Source: an uncultured Planctomycetaceae bacterium (GTDB taxonomy: Bacteria; Planctomycetota; Planctomycetia; Planctomycetales; Planctomycetaceae). From it: a stretch of DNA of 20,000 nt. The notes under the pieces were generated by a model. The model made no database searches. It was not told the origin of the DNA and was given only the letters and a program-made list of their open reading frames with translations. The stretch is from NCBI GenBank assembly GCA_963976765.1, contig CAXBME010000015.1, positions 175,123 to 195,122 on the forward strand. The letters run 5' to 3'. The position numbers and the translations under genes were made by a program. Shown in pieces: positions 1-8,278 of the stretch; the first letter of the stretch is position 1, and the number at the start of each line of letters is the position of its first letter.

Positions 1-3000
1 TCGAATCAAAATCGCTCTTGTCGAGTTGTTCAATCAACGACTTGATCGCTGCTTTCTGCCCGGCAAGTGTCTGAGGTGAAAAGTTTGCGACATCAGTCGG
101 AGCCGCATCCAGGGGGCGCATATATTCGCAGCGCATGGCAACACCGTCACTCCCCTGATCCTCAAACAGATAGGGATCAACAGACAGCGCAAGACCGGCT
201 AACGCTGTACCCTTTGCAGTGTTGTAATACTCGTAAAGATCAATATTACATTCGGTCGGTATGTCAAACTTGAACTCTCCGTCGGCAACCAGATTGGGGA
301 TTCGTTTCTTTGCTTCCACCAGTCTTCTGGCAGCATCTGGATCGTTTCCGCTGAATTCAGTCTGATCTCTGCGAAAGGTGATCCCTGCAAAGCCACCATC
401 GCGTTTCACTTCTTTCCCTGAGCTGTTGTCATAGTAGAATCCCCAGTTTTCGAGCTTGTTTGTTACAAGATCCAGAGGTGTTCTGTTCTTCAGATCGAAT
501 GTGGCGGGGTACGGCGTTCCGACAGCTGGCGTTTTAATTGACGATTGCCAGACAGTGAACGGCCCCTGGTTAAGTTTTGCCAGGGGATTCCCGCTAGCAT
601 CCAATTGCTGCTGTTGCAGGCCGATGCTGATTCTGCCAAAGAAATCGAGATTCGTTTCGCCTTTGAAGTCGGCCCGCAAACGATCGAGTTTCACGTGAAG
701 AGTTCCGCTGCTCTTTGGGGCGGAGTATTCGTATTCCGCATCACTTGCGTAGTCGAAGCCCTTTTCTTCGCGAAATGTCGAACGAGCCTTCCTGGCCCTC
801 TCGCCGAGCCGCTGCTGCACATAACTGCGAACCGCCAGGTAGATCTCTGGATCATCGAAGTAAAGAGGTGAGAGCAGTTCGTAGATTGGGCGCAGATCCA
901 TCAGAATCGGCACGGCAGTTTCAAAGCCTACTCCTGCCTGAACAGAACGACCGTCTGCCGCCAACGTCGTCGCCCCACCAACTGCTTCAACTTTCACATT
1001 GTCTTTGGAAATGCTGCGACTTTTACCGACCGTTTTCGAATAGGTACCATCGACTGTCGCCTCGAAATTCGGAGACTGCACGTTGCCTTGCCGGAAGCTC
1101 AGTCCCGCATCCACATTTTCACTACGAACTTCATCCAGCCCCTCACTGTCCAGGGTCTCGGTCATACTCAACATGCCGCCGTACGTCACGCCGTGCGGAT
1201 AATGCGTTCCGTATTTGTCAAGCAGGCGGTCTGTATTCTGTTCAGTCAAGTCTCTGGCCAGACTCATTACATCTGCAACGAAATTCTGATGCAGTCGCAC
1301 CTGCATACGATCCATTGAAAGTGTGGCCAGTTGAGCATAGCTCCGCGACATGGACTTCACGCTCTCGCTGAATTCGTTCTTTGTAAGTTCCCTTCCATAA
1401 CCACCGGAGACACCAACAGATGTCGAAGCTCCCATCGCGTCACCGATGTCACCTCCCCACCCGGCTTTAATTCCAACACGAACCCCCCATGATTCGAGAA
1501 ACTGTTTATGGGAAGAAAATGTGGCGTTCTGCCACGTCACCGATGACTTCGGAAAATAGATGACGTGAAATGAAAGCGGAGCGATGACTCCTGATTGATC
1601 CCTAAACCATTCCGAACCACGTTCTGTAGGCTCAACAAAGACATACTCTTTCAAACCGTTGTCGCTGCCCTCACTCAGCACAGGATTCAACGACAACAGG
1701 TCGTAACCTCTGGAGCTGGCACCTGCCTTGACCATGTTGCCTGCGTCCCACCCACTGCCGGAAGCAACACGATTGCCTCTTCCCCGATCTTCCGGGCGTT
1801 TCAGTCTTCCAATCCTGGGTTGATCGAGGCCGATCGTCAGTATTCCGGCAGACCAGGTAATATTCGCTGCTGCACCATCAATTGATGAGAAGCGCAGATT
1901 CTGTCGATCTGTGCCGTTGATATATCCAATCAGAATTCCATTTCGGTAGACGTAATACCGGCCATCAAATTTCGTTTCTTTGACAATTGTAAAAACAGGA
2001 CGATCGTGAACACTGCAAACTGGGCCTAGAACATCAAATTCAGGCCCTTTGCCAGGTTGCCTGACAGTCGGTCGCACCGGGGCGTAAACATCGTTGGGAA
2101 CTTCATGAACCCAGCTTCCTTCCAGCGGATCATTCAATTCAATGGTAATCGCTGACGCGGTCGTCTGGCTGAAAGCGATAAGCCCGTTGATTGACGGACT
2201 CTCCGCCTTGACGGAAACACCAGGACCTGGAAACTCAACACGCCGTTTCAATGACTGTTCGTCGTAAATCCAGGGAATCGGAGGCATCTGCTCAAAGAGC
2301 GTCGATGCGAACGGAGCAGCCCAGACTCTCAGCCCACCGAATGTCCCATAGAAAGGCCCGACAGAGTCTTCCACCGTCACCGCCCTCAGGGTGCCGAATT
2401 GATTTTTCAGTTCGAACACACCGGTGACACTCTCGGGCATCCTGCCGACCCAGATCGGATCAATGCGAGTTGAAGCGTCTTTCTGCAATACTTCAAGTGC
2501 CATGCCCGGGAACGTTCTTCGCTGTAAACCAGGAACATCCGCCACACCGTGATGGACCTCCGTCTGATCCTTCGTAAAGACAACTGCGAGGTAGTTTGCA
2601 GATTGTGGATATCCGATTTCAGCAACATCCAGAAACGTGCTTCCCAACTGAAGAACAACAGTGGATCCTTTTAAATACAGACCGTAACGAGCATCAAATA
2701 CGTCTTCCTCAGCCTTTCCAGTCTGCATTGCCTTCCTGACGGTTGAACCGCAGGCGACCAGGCAGGCGTAAGGCTTCCCGTCCTTCAATTTGACATCACC
2801 TGGACGAAACCAGAATTCAACCGTCCCGCTGCCGTCAGGAAACGCAAGCGCTTCATCAGGCTTTGATTCGATGATCGACCTGACATCCGTGAGTGTTGGC
2901 ACCTGATGAGCAACTCCTGCCTCAAACTGCGCCTGGGCCGAGCCAACCGAAAGCACTGTGAGCATTAACAATTGAGCGACCGAGCAAACAGTGGACAACA

Positions 3001-3061
3001 CCGGAAGTCCACCCCGACGGGCCTGGTGGAATTCATCGCGATTGAACGAAAAAAGATGCAT
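1..3061 (-). CDS. Secreted MACPF (membrane attack complex/perforin) domain protein with N-terminal LamG-like domain; partial, 3' end beyond the left edge of the window
   Basis: Hand translation from ATG at 3061 (GAGGG just upstream) is open for 1020 codons to the window edge. Signal peptide-like start ...RRGGLPVLSTVCSVAQLLMLTVLSVGSAQA|Q. LamG-like motifs GTVEFWFRP, YLAVVF, IWVG, PFYGTFGGLRVW. MACPF-type RGYDLLSLNP (~1682-1711), signature YGTHYPHGVTYGG (1175-1213), VEAVGG and PILMDLRPIYELL (~865-905). Confidence 0.9.
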   Translation of the reverse strand, partial: MHLFSFNRDEFHQARRGGLPVLSTVCSVAQLLMLTVLSVGSAQAQFEAGVAHQVPTLTDVRSIIESKPDEALAFPDGSGTVEFWFRPGDVKLKDGKPYACLVACGSTVRKAMQTGKAEEDVFDARYGLYLKGSTVVLQLGSTFLDVAEIGYPQSANYLAVVFTKDQTEVHHGVADVPGLQRRTFPGMALEVLQKDASTRIDPIWVGRMPESVTGVFELKNQFGTLRAVTVEDSVGPFYGTFGGLRVWAAPFASTLFEQMPPIPWIYDEQSLKRRVEFPGPGVSVKAESPSINGLIAFSQTTASAITIELNDPLEGSWVHEVPNDVYAPVRPTVRQPGKGPEFDVLGPVCSVHDRPVFTIVKETKFDGRYYVYRNGILIGYINGTDRQNLRFSSIDGAAANITWSAGILTIGLDQPRIGRLKRPEDRGRGNRVASGSGWDAGNMVKAGASSRGYDLLSLNPVLSEGSDNGLKEYVFVEPTERGSEWFRDQSGVIAPLSFHVIYFPKSSVTWQNATFSSHKQFLESWGVRVGIKAGWGGDIGDAMGASTSVGVSGGYGRELTKNEFSESVKSMSRSYAQLATLSMDRMQVRLHQNFVADVMSLARDLTEQNTDRLLDKYGTHYPHGVTYGGMLSMTETLDSEGLDEVRSENVDAGLSFRQGNVQSPNFEATVDGTYSKTVGKSRSISKDNVKVEAVGGATTLAADGRSVQAGVGFETAVPILMDLRPIYELLSPLYFDDPEIYLAVRSYVQQRLGERARKARSTFREEKGFDYASDAEYEYSAPKSSGTLHVKLDRLRADFKGETNLDFFGRISIGLQQQQLDASGNPLAKLNQGPFTVWQSSIKTPAVGTPYPATFDLKNRTPLDLVTNKLENWGFYYDNSSGKEVKRDGGFAGITFRRDQTEFSGNDPDAARRLVEAKKRIPNLVADGEFKFDIPTECNIDLYEYYNTAKGTALAGLALSVDPYLFEDQGSDGVAMRCEYMRPLDAAPTDVANFSPQTLAGQKAAIKSLIEQLDKSDFDS

Positions 3062-3244
3062 TGCCTGCCCTCAATACGAATAAGAAAAGTTGGCGCCGCT
3101 ATTTCAGATGTCACCCTGCATTTAATACAGCGCTTTTCACTTTCTGCCCGTCTGCCCGACCGTGACAGCTAAATGAGCGACTCACTCTTCGCGACAACCT
3201 GAAGAAGAAGATGCTTTTAAAGGCAGCCCGAGACTGCGTACCAG

Positions 3245-4300
3245 CTACTGGGAAATGTTCACACGTTTGCTGCCTGGATTTCGGATCGAATAGATCCGCC
3301 GACGTGTCGCGAAATTGTTCGCACTGTCGAAAATTGCGTTCTCCTTCAGATCCAACTGCAAATCACCGGCAGAACTTCCCAGATAGATGATGTCCACACT
3401 TCGACGCTGCTCAGTCCAGTCCCGTTTTCCACTGTCGACGGCACTCTCCTCTCGCCACTGCCCTGGTCCAGTCTGGCGAAAATACCCAGCGAGCGTCTCC
3501 CCGGTGTACTTCTCCACTGAAGTAGCATTCAGCCCCGTCACTTTGCTTCTGGGATTCTCGATGAAGCAGTGAAACTTGAAGGCGTCCGAGTCACGAAAGC
3601 GATGAAAGACCTGACGCTGATGAACGTCCAACTGAAGCGTCTGTTCGCCGTGCCTTAAAAACACAACACCACCTGCACGCTTCCGTTCTTCCCAGACCTT
3701 GGGGGCGTCGTTCAAGATCTCCTCGTGCCAGGTCGTCTCGTTGACCTGACGAACAAGCCCTTCCTGACGCCCATTATTCTGTTTCTGAACGGACGTCAGA
3801 TTGGCGATCGAGATCGGATTCCTCAGCGAATAGATTCGGGATCGATTCTGAAAGTTACTGTCACCGTAAAATACTGAACCGCTACCCAAATCCAGCAGCA
3901 TGCCTGCTGCGCCATCTGCCAGATAGACCGAATCCCCTTCTGCACGCTGCTCTGTCCATTTTCGTTGCCCGCCGTCAATCGAGCTTTCCTCAAGCCATTT
4001 CCCAGGCGCAGTTTTTCGAAACGTACCGACAGATTTTTCGCCCGTGTATTTCTCAACGTTGATCAGCGACTTACCGGTAACGACTCGATCACCCCCAGGA
4101 GCAACGAGCCGAACCGTACGCACAAGGAACTGATCACCCTCTTGAGCATTCACGGATTTCGCAGCAACACCGCCGACAACGACCGAACAAACGACACACC
4201 CCGCCAACGCGTAACCAATCACAGATGACCGCTTGCTGAACCAAATGTCGCGGCAACAATGACAGGCTGACCGAGGCATAAAACTTCTCCATTCAAGCAT
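3245..4300 (-). CDS. Secreted hypothetical protein with three tandem ~88-aa Trp-containing beta-rich repeats
   Basis: 351-aa ORF. Hydrophobic N-terminal segment ending VNA|QE. Repeats at about aa 74-162, 163-250 and 254-342 share V.K..G...G..R.....W.EE....W.E.....L....LD.....NP. True start may be a later ATG. Confidence 0.85.
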   Translation of the reverse strand: MLEWRSFMPRSACHCCRDIWFSKRSSVIGYALAGCVVCSVVVGGVAAKSVNAQEGDQFLVRTVRLVAPGGDRVVTGKSLINVEKYTGEKSVGTFRKTAPGKWLEESSIDGGQRKWTEQRAEGDSVYLADGAAGMLLDLGSGSVFYGDSNFQNRSRIYSLRNPISIANLTSVQKQNNGRQEGLVRQVNETTWHEEILNDAPKVWEERKRAGGVVFLRHGEQTLQLDVHQRQVFHRFRDSDAFKFHCFIENPRSKVTGLNATSVEKYTGETLAGYFRQTGPGQWREESAVDSGKRDWTEQRRSVDIIYLGSSAGDLQLDLKENAIFDSANNFATRRRIYSIRNPGSKRVNISQ

Positions 4301-4412
4301 TTGTCGATTAACAAACAGCTGGACATAACTCAGGCCACCACTCTCCAGGACGCAGCGGTGACCGCTTTCAGTGAAAGAGCTCAGGCCGGAGAGCGGCCAG
4401 ACTGCTAGAGGA

Positions 4413-4431
4413 ACATCGCAGCGATCTCACA
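4413..4431 (-). promoter_or_regulatory. Candidate cis-regulatory/ECF promoter element TGTGAGATCGCTGCGATGT upstream of the repeat-protein/MACPF genes
   Basis: 16/19 identical to the element at 5307-5325. Oriented toward the 4300 start, ~110 bp upstream, and preceded on this strand by an A9 tract. Confidence 0.5.
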
Positions 4432-4658
4432 CTTTTTTTTTCGGACGAATCTCTCAGCACGGAAATTGGTTGATGGCAGCCGAATTCTCGAAACTTCTTC
4501 GGTGTACGCGAGAACCGACTAAGGGCAGCACGTCACGCTGCAACGCTCCTTGAAGCAATGAAGAGCGGCCCGTTTGGCAGTGGTCGATAACCGCTCCTGG
4601 AAGTTGTAAACTGATAAACTGCTTTACCGGTCCGTCAGGACATGGTGCTGTCCAGGAC

Positions 4659-5276
4659 GTGCCTCATCGAGTCCCCCCAGCTATGCCAGTCAGTCGCGAA
4701 ACGACCTCATTCACACTCCTGAAAGGCTTGTGTGAACGAGACACGAAACAATGGGATCGCTTTGCAAAGCTCTATACACCTCTTGTTTACGAGTGGTGCC
4801 GGAGAGCTCGCGTCTCGAAATCCGACTCGGCTGACGTCGTTCAGGAAGTCTTTGTGGCTGTGTCAGCAAAGATTGACACGTTTCAACGAGACCGGATTGG
4901 CGACACATTTCGCGGGTGGCTATGGGGAATTGCTCGACACAAGATCAACGATCATTTCCGTCAACTCGCCAAACGCCCCGCGCCTGAAGGAGGTACGACA
5001 GCGCAGATTCGCATCAATCAGGTGCCACTGGAATTGCCGGAAGAGTATGACGAGGCTCAAGTCAATGACGACAATCAATTGATCTATCACCGGGCTGTTG
5101 AAATGTTGCGAACGGACTTTCAGGAAAAAACCTGGCAGGCATTCTGGAGGGTTGCCATCAACGAGGAAGCCGCTGGCAGCGTCGCACAAGAACTGGAGAT
5201 GACCGTCGGAGCTGTTTACAACGCCCGGTACAAGGTGCTGCGACGGCTTCGGTCCGAGTTCGACGGACTGGTCTGA
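4659..5276 (+). CDS. ECF (group 4 sigma-70) RNA polymerase sigma factor, Ser/Thr-kinase-associated type
   Basis: TSFTLL..., WDRFAKLYTPLVY, DSADVVQEVF, TFRGWLWGIARHK (region 2). VAQELEMTVGAVYNARYKVLRRLR (region 4 HTH). Start is GTG 4659 or ATG 4683. Confidence 0.93.
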   Translation: MPHRVPPAMPVSRETTSFTLLKGLCERDTKQWDRFAKLYTPLVYEWCRRARVSKSDSADVVQEVFVAVSAKIDTFQRDRIGDTFRGWLWGIARHKINDHFRQLAKRPAPEGGTTAQIRINQVPLELPEEYDEAQVNDDNQLIYHRAVEMLRTDFQEKTWQAFWRVAINEEAAGSVAQELEMTVGAVYNARYKVLRRLRSEFDGLV

Positions 5277-5306
5277 CGGCCTGTTTCGAAAGAAATTGTC
5301 CCTGGC

Positions 5307-5325
5307 TGTGAGACTTCTGCGATGT
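5307..5325 (+). promoter_or_regulatory. Candidate cis-regulatory/ECF promoter element TGTGAGACTTCTGCGATGT upstream of the kinase
   Basis: Second copy of the 4413-4431 motif, in the ECF-kinase gap, oriented toward the kinase. Confidence 0.5.
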
Positions 5326-5401
5326 ACTTAAGGACGGAGTCGGTCTGTTCCGTTTCCCGCGGCTCTTGATCGTTGAGATGAATCCAGAAATCCTCGTTCA
5401 A

Positions 5402-7972
5402 ATGCCCTCACAATCCTGCCCATCATCCGAACAGCTCAGTCAGTTCAACGCAGGCGCGCTTGGCCACGGCGAATCTGAAGGCATTGTTGCGCACCTTGAT
5501 GAGTGCGAGTCCTGCTGTCAGATGCTTCTTAATCGGGATGGGGAATCTGACCCGTTCATCCTGGCACTGCGAGGTCATGCTCCGAAATTGCAATATTGCC
5601 ACGAGCAGGTTGCTGCTCTCGCGTTGCAGAAAGTCTGCGAAATCGCACGCGAGGTATCGTCGTCACACTCTCCCGTTTCAGATTCGATGAGCGACGCGTC
5701 TGAATCGGATACCGTATCCAAGCTTGAAAATCTAAGTGAATACCGGCTGTTTGAGCCAATCGGTGCGGGCGGGATGGGCACTGTCTACAAAGCCCGTCAC
5801 ATGAAGCTTGATCGACAAGTCGCCGTCAAAGTGCTGCCACAAAGATACATGAGCGACTCAACAGCCATTGCTCGCTTCGAACGGGAAATGCGAGCCGTTG
5901 GTCGGTTGAATCACCCGAACATTGTTTGCGCTATGGACGCTCGCGAGGTCGATGGCACTCATTTTCTGGTGATGGAGTTTGTGCCAGGGAACAACCTGTC
6001 AGATCTGATTGCCGAACGTGGACCGCTTCCGATTGCTGATGCCTGTGAACTCATTCGGCAGGCAGCTGTCGGCCTGCAGTACGCTCACGATAACGGCATG
6101 GTCCATCGTGACATTAAGCCGTCCAATCTGATTCTGGCCCGCTCGGAACATGATGATTCTGCAGTCGTCAAAGTTCTCGATCTGGGCCTGGCGTTGCTGG
6201 ATGATGCACATTCACCAACCACCCCAGAGGTAACGGTTTCCGGGCAAGTCATGGGCACTCTGGATTACATGTCGCCAGAGCAGTGTCTCGAAAGCCACAC
6301 CGTTGATGCACGGTCTGATGTCTATTCCCTGGGAGCGACTCTGTACAAATTGCTCGTCGGCGAAGCACCATTTGGGGACCAGAAGTACGACTCGCTGGGA
6401 AAGAAAGTTGCGGCAATTCTGGAAACAGCACCTGAGTCTGTAGAGAAACGTCGCCCGGAAACTCCGGCAGAACTCAGTAACCTGATCGACCGGATGCTGC
6501 GCAAAGATCCGAAATGCCGCCCGGCGACTGCCGACGATGTTGCGTCCGCACTTCACCCGTTTTCCGTTGAGCATGCATTGAGTAACGCCTTTGCCCTTGC
6601 CCCGGCGACGCATCAGCGAGCCCATTCGGCCTCACGAGAGTCAGGTGAAACGATGGCCGTATTCTCGGTCGACGACACAGATCAGGCGCCCCCGGCCGTC
6701 ACCCGTGGCGGTCGGAAATCTCATACTGAAGAAGATCCAGAAAAGCCGTGGCGGTCGAGCGAATCGGCAAGAAAACGCAACTTATCGATTGCCGCAGGGA
6801 TCTTCGCCGCATCATTACTCCTTGCCGGAGTGATCTTTTTTGTGAAACTGGGCGAAAAATACGACGTGCAGATCACCGTCGAAGACCCCGGTATCTCATT
6901 GAAAGTAGACGGCGACAGCTTCGAATTCACCGGAGTTGGTTCACCTGTTCGGCTCTCTGCCGGCACTCACAAGCTGCTTGTGAAACTCGACGGATTCGAA
7001 ACGGAGACCTACGAATTTACTGTCAAAAAAGACGGTAAGAATGCATTACACGTCGCAATGGTTGATGAAAAGCTTTGTCTTTTCAGTGACGAAAAACGTC
7101 CGGGCCACGTTTCCAACGGCAATGCCCCTGAAGAGGGGCAAGCCAAACACGAATCATCTAACACCGGCCGCCGGCCTGCGAGCATCGGAGTAAACGACGC
7201 GCAGGGAGGTGGGGATTCGAAAAAGTCTGTGGGTCTGGCAGAAGCTCAAAAGTCGACCAGTTCTCCCGGTGGCTGGATGCTTCGGTTCGGAGACCGCAGT
7301 GTGGGCGTGCGTGGTGCCGATTTCGGGTTTGTCGCCCGAAGAACACCAATTCAGCATGATCAGGATTTCACGGTCGAATTCTGGTGTCGACTGGGAGATC
7401 GCAGCAAAGAAAGGACATTCTGGCATCCTCCATTCAGCTTTGGGGTTCTCAAGGGCCAGGCCGTTGCCCGCCATACGCCTGCTGACAGATCCCTCCCGAT
7501 GACGCAGATCGTTGGTCCAGTAATCACCAACCGTTGGATTCACTATGCGATGGTCATCGAAGACACCGAGATGAGGCTGTACGTTAATGGCGACCTGTCA
7601 GCTTCTGCGATCATTTCGGATCGTGACGACACCTGGACGGACATGCCTCACTTCGGTTTCAATACTGATGGAATGATTGACGAAGTGTGCATCTCAAACG
7701 TCGCACGATATGGGAAAGAGACTTTTTCGCCAAAACACCGATTCGTACCTGATGACTGCACGCTTGCAATTTTTCACCTCGACGAGGGCCACGGCACTGA
7801 CCTCGTAGACGCATCAGGCAACACCGTCGGAACCTGGGCAACCGACTCTGAGGGATTTGCCAGGCTTAAGTGGGTCAAAGCGGACGGTCCGACGGCAGTT
7901 GAATCTACGAATCATCAGAAACCAGTTCGAAGGCCACTTGATTCTGGTCAAGAGAAGAGTTCGATTAAATAA
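5402..7972 (+). CDS. Membrane-anchored Hanks-type Ser/Thr protein kinase (N-terminal HxxxCxxC zinc finger, kinase, TM helix, PEGA-like segment, C-terminal LamG-like domain)
   Basis: HLDECESC; IGAGGMGTVYKA, VAVK, HRDIKPSN, DLG, GTLDYMSPEQ; TM LSIAAGIFAASLLLAGVIFFV; FTVEFW, WIHYAMV, LYVNG, GMIDEVCISNVARY, FHLDEG. ATG 5402 preferred over the ORF-track start at 5366. Confidence 0.95.
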   Translation: MPSQSCPSSEQLSQFNAGALGHGESEGIVAHLDECESCCQMLLNRDGESDPFILALRGHAPKLQYCHEQVAALALQKVCEIAREVSSSHSPVSDSMSDASESDTVSKLENLSEYRLFEPIGAGGMGTVYKARHMKLDRQVAVKVLPQRYMSDSTAIARFEREMRAVGRLNHPNIVCAMDAREVDGTHFLVMEFVPGNNLSDLIAERGPLPIADACELIRQAAVGLQYAHDNGMVHRDIKPSNLILARSEHDDSAVVKVLDLGLALLDDAHSPTTPEVTVSGQVMGTLDYMSPEQCLESHTVDARSDVYSLGATLYKLLVGEAPFGDQKYDSLGKKVAAILETAPESVEKRRPETPAELSNLIDRMLRKDPKCRPATADDVASALHPFSVEHALSNAFALAPATHQRAHSASRESGETMAVFSVDDTDQAPPAVTRGGRKSHTEEDPEKPWRSSESARKRNLSIAAGIFAASLLLAGVIFFVKLGEKYDVQITVEDPGISLKVDGDSFEFTGVGSPVRLSAGTHKLLVKLDGFETETYEFTVKKDGKNALHVAMVDEKLCLFSDEKRPGHVSNGNAPEEGQAKHESSNTGRRPASIGVNDAQGGGDSKKSVGLAEAQKSTSSPGGWMLRFGDRSVGVRGADFGFVARRTPIQHDQDFTVEFWCRLGDRSKERTFWHPPFSFGVLKGQAVARHTPADRSLPMTQIVGPVITNRWIHYAMVIEDTEMRLYVNGDLSASAIISDRDDTWTDMPHFGFNTDGMIDEVCISNVARYGKETFSPKHRFVPDDCTLAIFHLDEGHGTDLVDASGNTVGTWATDSEGFARLKWVKADGPTAVESTNHQKPVRRPLDSGQEKSSIK

Positions 7973-8044
7973 CTGTTCCGCTTCTTCGGCCAGGTTTTCG
8001 AACAGAATCATCGAGTGTCGCGGCTTGAGTCGAATGGCAAAAAC

Positions 8045-8084
8045 AGCCCGGGCGGTTCAGTTAACCATCCGGGCTTTTGGTTTT
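8045..8084. terminator. Probable bidirectional intrinsic terminator between convergent genes
   Basis: AGCCCGG-gc-GGTT...AACC-at-CCGGGCT hairpin, with an A-run before and TTTTGGTTTT after. Confidence 0.65.
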
Positions 8085-8278
8085 GACTTTCGGCGATCGA
8101 CCGCCAACTGCCGAACGTGGTCGACGGCGTTAGTTTCTCGAAGAACGACGAAACTTATTTCTCCTGGGTTCGGTGAGGTTTCTTCGATCGCTTTCGTGCA
8201 TTCCTTTGCCAGCCTGGCGGATTCGCAGTCGTTGACCGGTTCCGGGAGCGGCTGAGAGAAAAGCGGCAAGTCGAGTGG

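Noticed and set aside
67..3172. Short ORFs in the track (e.g. 715..1371 +, 545..871 +, 2407..2658 -)
   Set aside because: Antisense or out-of-frame shadows of the long MACPF ORF, with no recognisable motifs.
3100..3200. Weak look-alikes of the TGTGAGA motif (AGTGAAAAGCGCTG, AGTGAGTCGCTC on minus) and a TCTGCCCG x2 repeat upstream of the MACPF gene
   Set aside because: Too degenerate or short to distinguish from chance.
4355..4380. Two tiny palindromes (GCGGTGACCGC, CTTTCAGTGAAAG) upstream of the repeat gene
   Set aside because: Only 5-6-bp stems, with no independent support.
8057..8269. 70-aa minus-strand ORF downstream of the STN-like gene
   Set aside because: TTG start, no recognisable domain, and its stop falls inside the terminator hairpin; cannot be supported.
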